Assembly (NCBI GenBank): GCA_964057225.1
Contig: OZ059894.1
Coordinates: forward strand, 434,001-498,000
Source: Auanema rhodensis
Lineage: Eukaryota > Animalia > Nematoda
Direction of reading: 5' to 3'
Length of the DNA stretch: 64,000 bases
In this document: positions 40,201-55,100 of the stretch, in pieces
Position numbering within the stretch: position 1 is the first letter of the stretch
Layout of the letters: each line of letters begins with the position of its first letter
Program-made: the position numbers and the translations under genes
The notes under the pieces: generated by a model
The model's database searches: none
The model's input: the letters and a program-made list of their open reading frames with translations, nothing else
Told to the model about the DNA's origin: nothing

Positions 40201-43200
40201 CTTTCACGTGAAGCGAGTTACATACCAAGTGCACATCACGTGTACATTTAATTAGCATAAATTAAAGTTCACGTAAATTTCAAAGTCATGGTTACCATGC
40301 ACCAATATCAATAAAACTTTGTTTTTAGACTAATATGGACATGGGGAATCTAATTTTGAAAACCGCATCTCTTTATCTTTCACGTGAAGCGAGTTACATA
40401 CCAAGTGCACATCACGTGTACATTTAATTAGCATAAATTAAAGTTCACGTAAATTTCAAAGACATGGTTACCATTAACCAATATCAATAAAAATTTGTTT
40501 TTAGACTAATATGGACATGGGGAATCTAATTTTGAAAACCGCATCTCTTTATCTTTCACGTGAAGCGAGTTACATACCAAGTGCACATCACGTGTACATT
40601 TAATTAGCATAAATTAAAGTTCACGTAATTTTCAAAGACATGGTTACCATGAACCAATATCAATAAAAATTTGTTTTTAGACTAATATGGACATAGGGAA
40701 TCTAATTTTAAAAACCGCATCTCTTTATCTTTCACGTGAAGCGAGTTACATACCAAGTGCACATCACGTGTACATTTAATTAGCATAAATTAAAGTTCAC
40801 GTAAATTTCAAAGACATGGTTACCATTAACCAATATCAATAAAAATTTGTTTTTAGACTAATATGGACATGGGGAATCTAATTTTGAAAACCGCATCTCA
40901 TTATCTTTCACGTGAAGCGAGTTACATACCAAGTGCACATCACGTGTACATTTAATTAGCATAAATTAAAGTTCACGTAAGTTTCAAAGTCATGGTTACC
41001 ATGAACCAATATCAATAAAAATTTGTTTTTAGACTAATATCGACATGGGGAATCTAATTTTGAAAACCGCATCTCTTTATCTTTCACGTGAAGCGAGTTA
41101 CATACCAAGTGCACATCACGTGTACATTTAACTAGCATAAATTAAAGTTCACGTAAATTTCAAAGTCATGGTTACCATGAACCAATATCAATAAAAAATT
41201 GTTTTTAGACTAATATGGACATGGGGAATCTAATTTTGAAAACCGCATCTCTTTATCTTTCACGTGAAGCGAGTTACATACCAAGTGCACATCACGTGTA
41301 CATTTAATTAGCATAAATTAAAGTTCACGTAATTTTCAAAGTCATGGTTACCATGAACCAATATCAATAAAAATTTGTTTTTAGACTAATATGGACATGG
41401 GGAATCTAATTTTGAAAACCGCATCTCTTTATCTTTCACGTGAAGCGAGCTACATACCAAGTGCACATCACGTGTACATTTAATTAGCATAAATTAAAGT
41501 TCACGTAAATTTCAAAGTCATGGTTACCATGCACCAATATCAATAAAAATTTGTTTTTAGACTAATATGGACATGGGGAATCTAATTTTGAAAACCGCAT
41601 CTCTTTATCTTTCACGTGAAGCGAGTTACATACCAAGTGCACATCACGTGTACATTTAATTAGCATAAATTAAAGTTCACGTAAATTTCAAAGTCATGGT
41701 TACCATGAACCAATATCAATAAAAATTTGTTTTTAGACTAATATGGACATGGGGAATCTAATTTTGAAAACCGCATCTCTTTATCTTTCACGTGAAGCGA
41801 GTTACATACCAAGTGCACATCACGTGTACATTTAATTAGCATAAATTAAAGTTCACGTAATTTTCAAAGACATGGTTACCATGAACCAATATCAATAAAA
41901 ATTTGTTTTTAGACTAATATGGACATAGGGAATCTAATTTTAAAAACCGCATCTCTTTATCTTTCACGTGAAGCGAGTTACATACCAAGTGCACATCACG
42001 TGTACATTTAATTAGCATAAATTAAAGTTCACGTAAATTTCAAAGACATGGTTACCATTAACCAATATCGATAAAAATTTGTTTTTAGACTAATATGGAC
42101 ATGGGGAATCTAATTTTGAAAACCGCATCTCTTTATCTTTCACGTGAAGCGAGTTACATACCAAGTGCACATCACGTGTACATTTAATTAGCATAAATTA
42201 AAGTTCACGTAATTTTCAAAGACATGGTTACCATGAACCAATATCAATAAAAATTTGTTTTTAGACTAATATGGACATAGGGAATCTAATTTTAAAAACC
42301 GCATCTCTTTATCTTTCACGTGAAGCGAGTTACATACCAAGTGCACATCACGTGTACATTTAATTAGCATAAATTAAAGTTCACGTAAATTTCAAAGACA
42401 TGGTTACCATTAACCAATATCAATAAAAATTTGTTTTTAGACTAATATGGACATGGGGAATCTAATTTTGAAAACCGCATCTCTTTATCTTTTACGTGAA
42501 GCGAGTTACATACCAAGTGCACATCACGTGTACATTTAATTAGCATAAATTAAAGTTCACGTAAATTTCAAAGTCATGGTTACCATGAACCAATATCAAT
42601 AAAAATTTGTTTTTAGACTAATATCGACATGGGGAATCTAATTTTGAAAACCGCATCTCTTTATCTTTCACGTGAAGCGAGTTACATACCAAGTGCACAT
42701 CACGTGTACATTTAACTAGCATAAATTAAAGTTCACGTAAATTTCAAAGTCATGGTTACCATGAACCAATATCAATAAAAATTTGTTTTTAGACTAATAT
42801 GGACATGGGGAATCTAATTTTGAAAACCGCATCTCTTTATCTTTCACGTGAAGCGAGTTACATACCAAGTGCACATCACGTGTACATTTAATTAGCATAA
42901 ATTAAAGTTCACGTAATTTTCAAAGTCATGGTTACCATGAACCAATATCAATAAAAATTTGTTTTTAGACTAATATGGACATGGGGAATCTAATTTTGAA
43001 AACCGCATCTCTTTATCTTTCACGTGAAGCGAGCTACATACCAAGTGCACATCACGTGTACATTTAATTAGCATAAATTAAAGTTCACGTAAATTTCAAA
43101 GTCATGGTTACCATGCACCAATATCAATAAAAATTTGTTTTTAGACTAATATGGACATGGGGAATCTAATTTTGAAAACCGCATCTCTTTATCTTTCACG

Positions 43201-46200
43201 TGAAGCGAGTTACATACCAAGTGCACATCACGTGTACATTTAATTAGCATAAATTAAAGTTCACGTAAATTTCAAAGTCATGGTTACCATGAACCAATAT
43301 CAATAAAAATTTGTTTTTAGACTAATATGGACATGGGGAATCTAATTTTGAAAACCGCATCTCTTTATCTTTCACGTGAAGCGAGCTACATACCAAGTGC
43401 ACATCACGTGTACATTTAATTAGCATAAATTAAAGTTCACGTAAATTTCAAAGTCATGGTTACCATGAACCAATATCAATAAAAATTTGTTTTTAGACTA
43501 ATATGGACATGGGGAATCTAATTTTGAAAACCGCATCTCTTTATCTTTCACGTGAAGCGAGTTACATACCAAGTGCACATCACGTGTACATTTAATTAGC
43601 ATAAATTAAAGTTCACGTAAATTTCAAAGTCATGGTTACCATGAACCAATATCAATAAAAATTTGTTTTTAGACTAATATGGACATGGGGAATCTAATTT
43701 TGAAAACCGCATCTCTTTATCTTTCACGTGAAGCGAGTTACATACCAAGTGCACATCACGTGTACATTTAATTAGCATAAATTAAAGTTCACGTAAATTT
43801 CAAAGTCATGGTTACCATGAACCAATATCAATAAAAATTTGTTTTTAGACTAATATGGACATGGGGAATCTAATTTTGAAAACCGCATCTCTTTATCTTT
43901 CACGTGAAGCGAGTTACATACCAAGTGCACATCACGTGTACATTTAATTAGCATAAATTAAAGTTCACGTAAATTTCAAAGTCATGGTTACCATGAACCA
44001 ATATCAATAAAAATTTGTTTTTAGACTAATATGGACATGGGGAATCTAATTTTGAAAACCGCATCTCTTTATCTTTCACGTGAAGCGAGTTACATACCAA
44101 GTGCACATCACGTGTACATTTAATTAGCATAAATTAAAGTTCACGTAATTTTCAAAGACATGGTTACCATGCACCAATATCGATAAAAATTTGTTTTTAG
44201 ACTAATATGGACATGGGGAATCTAATTTTGAAAACCGCATCTCTTTATCTTTCACGTGAAGCGAGTTACATACCAAGTGCACATCACGTGTACATTTAAT
44301 TAGCATAAATTAAAGTTCACGTAATTTTCAAAGTCATGGTTACCATGAACCAATATCAATAAAAATTTGTTTTTAGACTAATATGGACATGGGGAATCTA
44401 ATTTTGAAAACCGCATCTCTTTATCTTTCACGTGAAGCGAGCTACATACCAAGTGCACATCACGTGTACATTTAATTAGCATAAATTAAAGTTCACGTAA
44501 ATTTCAAAGTCATGGTTACCATGCACCAATATCAATAAAAATTTGTTTTTAGACTAATATGGACATGGGGAATCTAATTTTGAAAACCGCATCTCTTTAT
44601 CTTTCACGTGAAGCGAGTTACATACCAAGTGCACATCACGTGTACATTTAATTAGCATAAATTAAAGTTCACGTAAATTTCAAAGTCATGGTTACCATGA
44701 ACCAATATCAATAAAAATTTGTTTTTAGACTAATATGGACATGGGGAATCTAATTTTGAAAACCGCATCTCTTTATCTTTCACGTGAAGCGAGCTACATA
44801 CCAAGTGCACATCACGTGTACATTTAATTAGCATAAATTAAAGTTCACGTAAATTTCAAAGTCATGGTTACCATGAACCAATATCAATAAAAATTTGTTT
44901 TTAGACTAATATGGACATGGGGAATCTAATTTTGAAAACCGCATCTCTTTATCTTTCACGTGAAGCGAGTTACATACCAAGTGCACATCACGTGTACATT
45001 TAATTAGCATAAATTAAAGTTCACGTAAATTTCAAAGTCATGGTTACCATGAACCAATATCAATAAAAATTTGTTTTTAGACTAATATGGACATGGGGAA
45101 TCTAATTTTGAAAACCGCATCTCTTTATCTTTCACGTGAAGCGAGTTACATACCAAGTGCACATCACGTGTACATTTAATTAGCATAAATTAAAGTTCAC
45201 GTAAATTTCAAAGTCATGGTTACCATGAACCAATATCAATAAAAATTTGTTTTTAGACTAATATGGACATGGGGAATCTAATTTTGAAAACCGCATCTCT
45301 TTATCTTTCACGTGAAGCGAGTTACATACCAAGTGCACATCACGTGTACATTTAATTAGCATAAATTAAAGTTCACGTAAATTTCAAAGTCATGGTTACC
45401 ATGAACCAATATCAATAAAAATTTGTTTTTAGACTAATATGGACATGGGGAATCTAATTTTGAAAACCGCATCTCTTTATCTTTCACGTGAAGCGAGTTA
45501 CATACCAAGTGCACATCACGTGTACATTTAATTAGCATAAATTAAAGTTCACGTAATTTTCAAAGACATGGTTACCATGCACCAATATCGATAAAAATTT
45601 GTTTTTAGACTAATATGGACATGGGGAATCTAATTTTGAAAACCGCATCTCTTTATCTTTCACGTGAAGCGAGTTACATACCAAGTGCACATCACGTGTA
45701 CATTTAATTAGCATAAATTAAAGTTCACGTAAATTTCAAAGTCATGGTTACCATGAACCAATATCAATAAAAATTTGTTTTTAGACTAATATCGACATGG
45801 GGAATCTAATTTTGAAAACCGCATCTCTTTATCTTTCACGTGAAGCGAGTTACATACCAAGTGCACATCACGTGTACATTTAACTAGCATAAATTAAAGT
45901 TCACGTAAATTTCAAAGTCATGGTTACCATGAACCAATATCAATAAAAATTTGTTTTTAGACTAATATGGACATGGGGAATCTAATTTTGAAAACCGCAT
46001 CTCTTTATCTTTCACGTGAAGCGAGTTACATACCAAGTGCACATCACGTGTACATTTAATTAGCATAAATTAAAGTTCACGTAATTTTCAAAGTCATGGT
46101 TACCATGAACCAATATCAATAAAAATTTGTTTTTAGACTAATATGGACATGGGGAATCTAATTTTGAAAACCGCATCTCTTTATCTTTCACGTGAAGCGA

Positions 46201-47724
46201 GCTACATACCAAGTGCACATCACGTGTACATTTAATTAGCATAAATTAAAGTTCACGTAAATTTCAAAGTCATGGTTACCATGCACCAATATCAATAAAA
46301 ATTTGTTTTTAGACTAATATGGACATGGGGAATCTAATTTTGAAAACCGCATCTCTTTATCTTTCACGTGAAGCGAGTTACATACCAAGTGAACATCACG
46401 TGTACATTTAATTAGCATAAATTAAAGTTCACGTAATTTTCAAAGTCATGGTTACCATGCACCAATATCAATAAAAATTTGTTTTTAGACTAATATGGAC
46501 ATGGGGAATCTAATTTTGAGAACCGCATCTCTTTATCTTTCACGTGAAGCGAGTTACATACCAAGTGCACATCACGTGTACATTTAATTAGCATAAATTA
46601 AAGTTCACGTAAATTTCAAAGTCATGGTTACCATGCACCAATATCAATAAAAATTTGTTTTTAGACTAATATGGACATGGGGAATCTAATTTTGAAAACC
46701 GCATCTCTTTATCTTTTACGTGAAGCGAGTTACATACCAAGTGCACATCACGTGTACATTTAATTAGCATAAATTAAAGTTCACGTAAATTTCAAAGTCA
46801 TGGTTACCATGAACCAATATCAATAAAAATTTGTTTTTAGACTAATATGGACATGGGGAATCTAATTTTGAAAACCGCATCTCTTTATCTTTCACGTGAA
46901 GCGAGTTACATACCAAGTGCACATCACGTGTACATTTAATTAGCATAAATTAAAGTTCACGTAAATTTCAAAGTCATGGTTACCATGAACCAATATCAAT
47001 AAAAATTTGTTTTCAGACTAATATGGACATGGGGAATCTAATTTTGAAAACCGCATCTCTTTATCTTTCACGTGAAGCGAGCTACATACCAAGTGCACAT
47101 CACGTGTACATTTAATTAGCATAAATTAAAGTTCACGTAAATTTCAAAGTCATGGTTACCAAGAACCAATATCAATAAAAATTTGTTTTTAGACTAATAT
47201 GGACATGGGGAATCTAATTTTGAAAACCGCATCTTTTTATCTTTCACGTGAAGCGAGTTACATACCAAGTGCACATCACGTGTACATTTAATTAGCATAA
47301 ATTAAAGTTCACGTAAATTTCAAAGTCATGGTTACCATGCACCAATATCAATAAAAATTTGTTTTTAGACTAATATGGACATGGGGAATCTAATTTTGAA
47401 AACCGCATCTCTTTATCTTTCACGTGAAGCGAGTTACATACCAAGTGCACATCACGTGTACATTTAATTAGCATAAATTAGAGTTCACGTAAATTTCAAA
47501 GTCATGGTTACCATGCACCAATATCGATAAAAATTTGTTTTTAGACTAATATGGACATGGGGAATCTAATTTTGAGAACCGCATCTCTTTATCTTTCACG
47601 TGAAGCGAGTTACATACCAAGTGCACATCACGTGTAAATTTAATTAGCATAAATTAAAGTTCACGTAAATTTCAAAGTCATGGTTACCATGAACCAATAT
47701 CAATAAAAATTTGTTTTTAGACTA

Positions 47725-47782
47725 ATATGGACATGGGGAATCTAATTTTATAATTTTATATGGACATGGGGAATCTAATTTT
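47725..47782 (+). repeat. 33-bp insertion in one monomer: 25-bp duplication plus 8-bp filler
   Basis: ATATGGACATGGGGAATCTAATTTT occurs at 47725-47749 and 47758-47782, separated by ATAATTTT. This gives a 209-bp monomer. Confidence 0.95.
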
Positions 47783-50700
47783 GAAAACCGCATCTCTTTA
47801 TCTTTCACGTGAAGCGAGTTACATACCAAGTGCACATCACGTGTACATTTAATTAGCATAAATTAAAGTTCACGTAAATTTCAAAGTCATGGTTACCATT
47901 CACCAATATCAATAAAAATTTGTTTTTAGACTAATATGGACATGGGGAATCTAATTTTGAAAACCGCATCTCTTTATCTTTCACGTGAAGCGAGTTACAT
48001 ACCAAGTGCACATCACGTGTACATTTAATTAGCATAAATTAAAGTTCACGTAAATTTCAAAGTCATGGTTACCATGAACCAATATCAATAAAAATTTGTT
48101 TTTAGACTAAAATGGACATGGGGAATCTAATTTTGAAAACCGCATCTCTTTATCTTTCACGTGAAGCAAGTTACATACAAAGTGCACATCACGTGTACAT
48201 TTAATTAGCATAAATTAAAGTTCACGTAAATTTCAAAGTCATGGTTACCATGCACCAATATCGATAAAAATTTGTTTTTAGACTAATATGGACATGGGGA
48301 ATCTAATTTTGAAAACCGCATCTCTTTATCTTTCACGTGAAGCGAGTTACATACCAAGTGCACATCACGTGTCCATTTAATTAGCATAAATTAAAGTTCA
48401 CGTAAATTTCAAAGTCATGGTTACCATGAACCAATATCAATAAAAATTTGTTTTTAGACTAATATGGACATGGGGAATCTAATTTTGAAAACCGCATCTC
48501 TTTATCTTTCACGTGAAGCGAGTTACATACCAAGTGCACATCACGTGTACATTTAATTAGCATAAATTAAAGTTCACGTAAATTTCAAAGTCATGGTTAC
48601 CATGAACCAATATCAATAAAAATTTGTTTTTAGACTAATATGGACATGGGGAATCTAATTTTGAAAACCGCATCTCTTTATCTTTCACGTGAAGCGAGTT
48701 ACATACCAAGTGCACATCACGTGTACATTTAATTAGCATAAATTAAAGTTCACGTAAATTTCAAAGTCATGGTTACCATGAACCAATATCAATAAAAATT
48801 TGTTTTTAGACTAATATGGACATGGGGAATCTAATTTTGAAAACCGCATCTCTTTATCTTTCACGTGAAGCGAGTTACATACCAAGTGCACATCACGTGT
48901 ACATTTAATTAGCATAAATTAAAGTTCACGTAAATTTCAAAGTCATGGTTACCATGAACCAATATCAATAAAAATTTGTTTTTAGACTAATATGGACATG
49001 GGGAATCTAATTTTGAAAACCGCATCTCTTTATCTTTCACGTGAAGCGAGTTACATACCAAGTGCACATCACGTGTACATTTAATTAGCATAAATTAAAG
49101 TTCACGTAAATTTCAAAGTCATGGTTACCATGAACCAATATCAATAAAAATTTGTTTTTAGACTAATATGGACATGGGGAATCTAATTTTGAAAACCGCA
49201 TCTCTTTATCTTTCACGTGAAGCGAGTTACATACCAAGTGCACATCACGTGTACATTTAATTAGCATAAATTAAAGTTCACGTAAATTTCAAAGTCATGG
49301 TTACCATGCACCAATATCAATAAAAATTTGTTTTTAGACTAATATGGACATGGGGAATCTAATTTTGAAAACCGCATCTCTTTATCTTTCACGTGAAGCG
49401 AGTTACATACCAAGTGCACATCACGTGTACATTTAATTAGCATAAATTAAAGTTCACGTAAATTTCAAAGTCATGGTTACCATGCACCAATATCAATAAA
49501 AATTTGTTTTTAGACTAATATGGACATGGGGAATCTAATTTTGAAAACCGCATCTCTTTATCTTTCACGTGAAGCGAGTTACATACCAAGTGCACATCAC
49601 GTGTACATTTAATTAGCATAAATTAAAGTTCACGTAAATTTCAAAGTCATGGTTACCATGAACCAATATCAATAAAAATTTGTTTTCAGACTAATATGGA
49701 CATGGGGAATCTAATTTTGAAAACCGCATCTCTTTATCTTTCACGTGAAGCGAGCTACATACCAAGTGCACATCACGTGTACATTTAATTAGCATAAATT
49801 AAAGTTCACGTAAATTTCAAAGTCATGGTTACCAAGAACCAATATCAATAAAAATTTGTTTTTAGACTAATATGGACATGGGGAATCTAATTTTGAAAAC
49901 CGCATCTTTTTATCTTTCACGTGAAGCGAGTTACATACCAAGTGCACATCACGTGTACATTTAATTAGCATAAATTAAAGTTCACGTAAATTTCAAAGTC
50001 ATGGTTACCATGCACCAATATCAATAAAAATTTGTTTTTAGACTAATATGGACATGGGGAATCTAATTTTGAAAACCGCATCTCTTTATCTTTCACGTGA
50101 AGCGAGTTACATACCAAGTGCACATCACGTGTACATTTAATTAGCATAAATTAAAGTTCACGTAAATTTCAAAGTCATGGTTACCATGCACCAATATCAA
50201 TAAAAATTTGTTTTTAGACTAATATGGACATGGGGAATCTAATTTTGAAAACCGCATCTCTTTATCTTTCACGTGAACCGAGTTACATACCAAGTGCACA
50301 TCACGTGTACATTTAATTAGCATAAATTAAAGTTCACGTAAATTTCAAAGTCATGGTTACCATGAACCAATATCAATAAAAATTTGTTTTTAGACTAATA
50401 TGGACATGGGAAATCTAATTTTGAAAACCGCATCTCTTTATCTTTCACGTGAAGCGAGTTACATACCAAGTGCACATCACGTGTACATTTAAGTAGCATA
50501 AATTAAAGTTCACGTAAATTTCAAAGTCATGGTTACCATGTACCAATATCAATAAAAATTTGTTTTTAGACTAATATGGACATGGGGAATCTAATTTTGA
50601 AAACCGCATCTCTTCATCTTTCACGTGAAGCGAGTTACATACCAAGTGCACATCACGAGTACATTTAATTAGCATAAATTAAAGTTCACGTAAATTTCAA

Positions 50701-52199
50701 AGTCATGGTTACCATGAACCAATATCAATAAAAATTTGTTTTTAGACTAATATGGACATGGGGAATCTAATTTTGAAAACCGCATCTCTTTATCTTTCAC
50801 GTGAAGCGAGTTACAGACCAAGTGCACATTACGTGTACATTTAATTAGCATAAATTAAAGTTCACGTAAATTTCAAAGTCATGGTTACCATGAACCAATA
50901 TCAATAAAAAGTTGTTTTTAGACTAATATGGACATGGGGAATCTAATTTTGAAAACCGCATCTCTTTATCTTTCACGTGAAGCAAGTTACATACCAAGTG
51001 CACATCACGTGTACATTTAATTAGCATAAATTAAAGTTCACGTAAATTTCAAAGTCATGGTTACCATGCACCAATATCAATAAAAATTTGTTTTTAGACT
51101 AATATGGACATGGGGAATCTAATTTTGAAAACCGCATCTCTTTATCTTTCACGTGAAGCGAGTTACAGACCAAGTGCACATTACGTGTACATTTAATTAG
51201 CATAAATTAAAGTTCACGTAACCTTCAAAGTCATGGTTACCATGAACCAATATCAATAAAAATTTGTTTTTAGACTAATATGGACATGGGGAATCTAATT
51301 TTGAAAACCGCATCTCTTTATCTTTCACGTGAAGCGAGTTACATACCAAGAGCACATCACGTGTACATTTAATTAGCATAAATTAAAGTTCACGTAAATT
51401 TCAAAGTCATGGTTACCATGAACCAATATCAATAAAAATTTGTTTTTAGACTAATATGGACATGGGGAATCTAATTTTGAAAACCGCATCTCTTTATCTT
51501 TCACGTGAAGCGAGTTACATACCAAGTGCACATCACGTGTACATTTAATTAGCATAAATTAAAGTTCACGTAAATTTCAAAGTCATGGTTACCATGCACC
51601 AATATCAATAAAAATTTGTTTTTAGACTAATATGGACATGGGGAATCTAATTTTGAAAACCGCATCTCTTTATCTTTCACGTGAAGCGAGTTACATACCA
51701 AGTGCACATCACGTGTACATTTAATTAGCATAAATTAAAGTTCACGTAAATTTCAAAATCATGGTTACCATGAACCAATATCAATAAAAATTTGTTTTTA
51801 GACTAATATGGACATGGGGAATCTAATTTTGAAAACCGCATCTCTTTATCTTTCACGTGAAGCGAGTTACATACCAAGTGCACATCACGTGTACATTTAA
51901 TTAGCATAAATTAAAGTTCACGTAAATTTCAAAGTCATGGTTACCATGCACCAATATCAATAAAAATTTGTTTTTAGACTAATATGGACATGGGGAATCT
52001 AATTTTGAAAACCGCATCTCTTTATCTTTCACGTGAAGCGAGTTACATACCAAGTGCACATCACGTGTACATTTAATTAGCATAAATTAAAGTTCACGTA
52101 AATTTCAAAGTCATGGTTACCATGAACCAATATCAATAAAAATTTGTTTTTAGACTAATATGGACATGGGGAATCTAATTTTGAAAACCGCATCTCTTT

Positions 52200-55100
52200 A
52201 TCTTTCACGTGAAGCGAGTTACATACCAAGTGCACATCACGTGTACATTTAATTAGCATAAATTAAAGTTCACGTAAATTTCAAAGTCATGGTTACCATG
52301 CACCAATATCAATAAAAATTTGTTTTTAGACTAATATGGACATGGGGAATCTAATTTTGAAAACCGCATCTTTTTATCTTTTACGTGAAGCGAGTTACAT
52401 ACCAAGTGCACATCACGTGTACATTTAATTAGCATAAATTAAAGTTCACGTAATTTTCAAAGACATGGTTACCATGAACCAATATCAATAAAAATTTGTT
52501 TTTAGACTAATATGGACATGGGGAATCTAATTTTGAAAACCGCATCTCTTTATCTTTCACTTGAAGCGAGTTACATACCAAGTGCACATCACGTGTACAT
52601 TTAATTAGCATAAATTAAAGTTCACGTAAATTTCAAAGTCATGGTTACCATGAACCAATATCAATAAAAATTTGTTTTTAGACTAATATGGACATGGGGA
52701 ATCTAATTTTGAAAACCGCATCTCTTTATCTTTCACGTGAAGCGAGTTACAGACCAAGTGCACATTACGTGTACATTTAATTAGCATAAATTAAAGTTCA
52801 CGTAAATTTCAAAGTCATGGTTACCATGAACCAATATCAATAAAAATTTGTTTTTAGACTAATATGGACATGGGGAATCTAATTTTAAAAACCGCATCTC
52901 TTTATCTTTCACGTGAAGCGAGTTACATACCAAGTGCACATCACGAGTACATTTAATTAGCATAAATTAAAGTTCACGTAAATTTCAAAGACATGGTTAC
53001 CATGCACCAATATCAATAAAAATTTGTTTTTAGACTAATATGGACATGGGGAATCTAATTTTGAAAACCGCATCTCTTTATCTTTCACGTGAAGCGAGTT
53101 ACATACCAAGTGCACATCACGTGTACATTTAATTAGCATAAATTAAAGTTCACGTAAATTTCAAAGTCATGGTTACCATGCACCAATATCAATAAAAATT
53201 TGTTTTTAGACTAATATGGACATGGGGAATCTAATTTTGAAAACCGCATCTCTTTATCTTTCACGTGAAGCGAGTTACATACCAAGTGCACATCAGGTGT
53301 ACATTTAATTAGCATAAATTAAAGTTCACGTAATTTTCAAAGACATGGTTACCATGAACCAATATCAATAAAAATTTGTTTTTAGACTAATATGGACATG
53401 GGGAATCTAATTTTGAAAACCGCATCTCTTTATCTTTCACGTGAAGCGAGTTACATACCAAGTGCACATCACGTGTAAATTTAATTAGCATAAATTAAAG
53501 TTCACGTAAATTTCAAAGTCATGGTTACCATGAACCAATATCAATAAAAATTTGTTTTTAGACTAATATGGACATGGGGAATCTAATTTTGAAAACCGCA
53601 TCTCTTTATCTTTTACGTGAAGCGAGTTACATACCAAGTGCACTTCACGTGTACATTTAATTAGCATAAATTAAAGTTCACGTAATTTTCAAAGACATGG
53701 TTACCATGCACCAATATCAATAAAAATTTGTTTTTAGACTAATATGGACATGGGGAATCTAATTTTGAAAACCGCATCTCTTTATCTTTCACGTGAAGCG
53801 AGTTACATACCAAGTGCACATCACGTGTACATTTAATTAGCATAAATTAAAGTTCACGTAAATTTCAAAGTCATGGTTACCATGAACCAATATCAATAAA
53901 AATTTGTTTTTAGACTAATATGGACATGGGGAATCTAATTTTGAAAACCGCATCTCTTTATCTTTCACGTGAAGCAAGTTACATACAAAGTGCACATCAC
54001 GTGTACATTTAATTAGCATAAATTAAAGTTCACGTAAATTTCAAAGTCATGGTTACCATGCACCAATATCGATAAAAATTTGTTTTTAGACTAATATGGA
54101 CATGGGGAATCTAATTTTGAAAACCGCATCTCTTTATCTTTCACGTGAAGCGAGTTACATACCAAGTGCACATCACGTGTACATTTAATTAGCATAAATT
54201 AAAGTTCACGTAAATTTCAAAGTCATGGTTACCATGCACCAATATCGATAAAAATTTGTTTTTAGACTAATATGGACATGGGGAATCTAATTTTGAAAAC
54301 CGCATCTCTTTATCTTTTACGTGAAGCGAGTTACATACCAAGTGCACATCACGTGTACATTTAATTAGCATAAATTAAAGTTCACGTAATTTTCAAAGAC
54401 ATGGTTACCATGAACCAATATCAATAAAAATTTGTTTTTAAACTAATATGGACATGGGGAATCTAATTTTGAAAACCGCATCTCTTTATCTTTCACGTGA
54501 AGCGAGCTACATACCAAGTGCACATCACGTGTACATTTAATTAGCATAAATTAAAGTTCACGTAAATTTCAAAGTCATGGTTACCATGAACCAATATCAA
54601 TAAAAATTTGTTTTTAGACTAATATGGACATGGGGAATCTAATTTTGAAAACCGCATCTCTTTATCTTTCACGTGAAGCGAGTTACATACCAAGTGCACA
54701 TCACGTGTACATTTAATTAGCATAAATTAAAGTTCACGTAAATTTCAAAGTCATGGTTACCATGCACCAATATCAATAAAAATTTGTTTTTAGACTAATA
54801 TGGACATGGGGAATCTAATTTTGAAAACCGCATCTCTTTATCTTTCACGTGAACCGAGTTACATACCAAGTGCACATCACGTGTACATTTAATTAGCATA
54901 AATTAAAGTTCACGTAAATTTCAAAGTCATGGTTACCATGAACCAATATCAATAAAAATTTGTTTTTAGACTAATATGGACATGGGAAATCTAATTTTGA
55001 AAACCGCATCTCTTTATCTTTCACGTGAAGCGAGTTACATACCAAGTGCACATCACGTGTACATTTAAGTAGCATAAATTAAAGTTCACGTAAATTTCAA

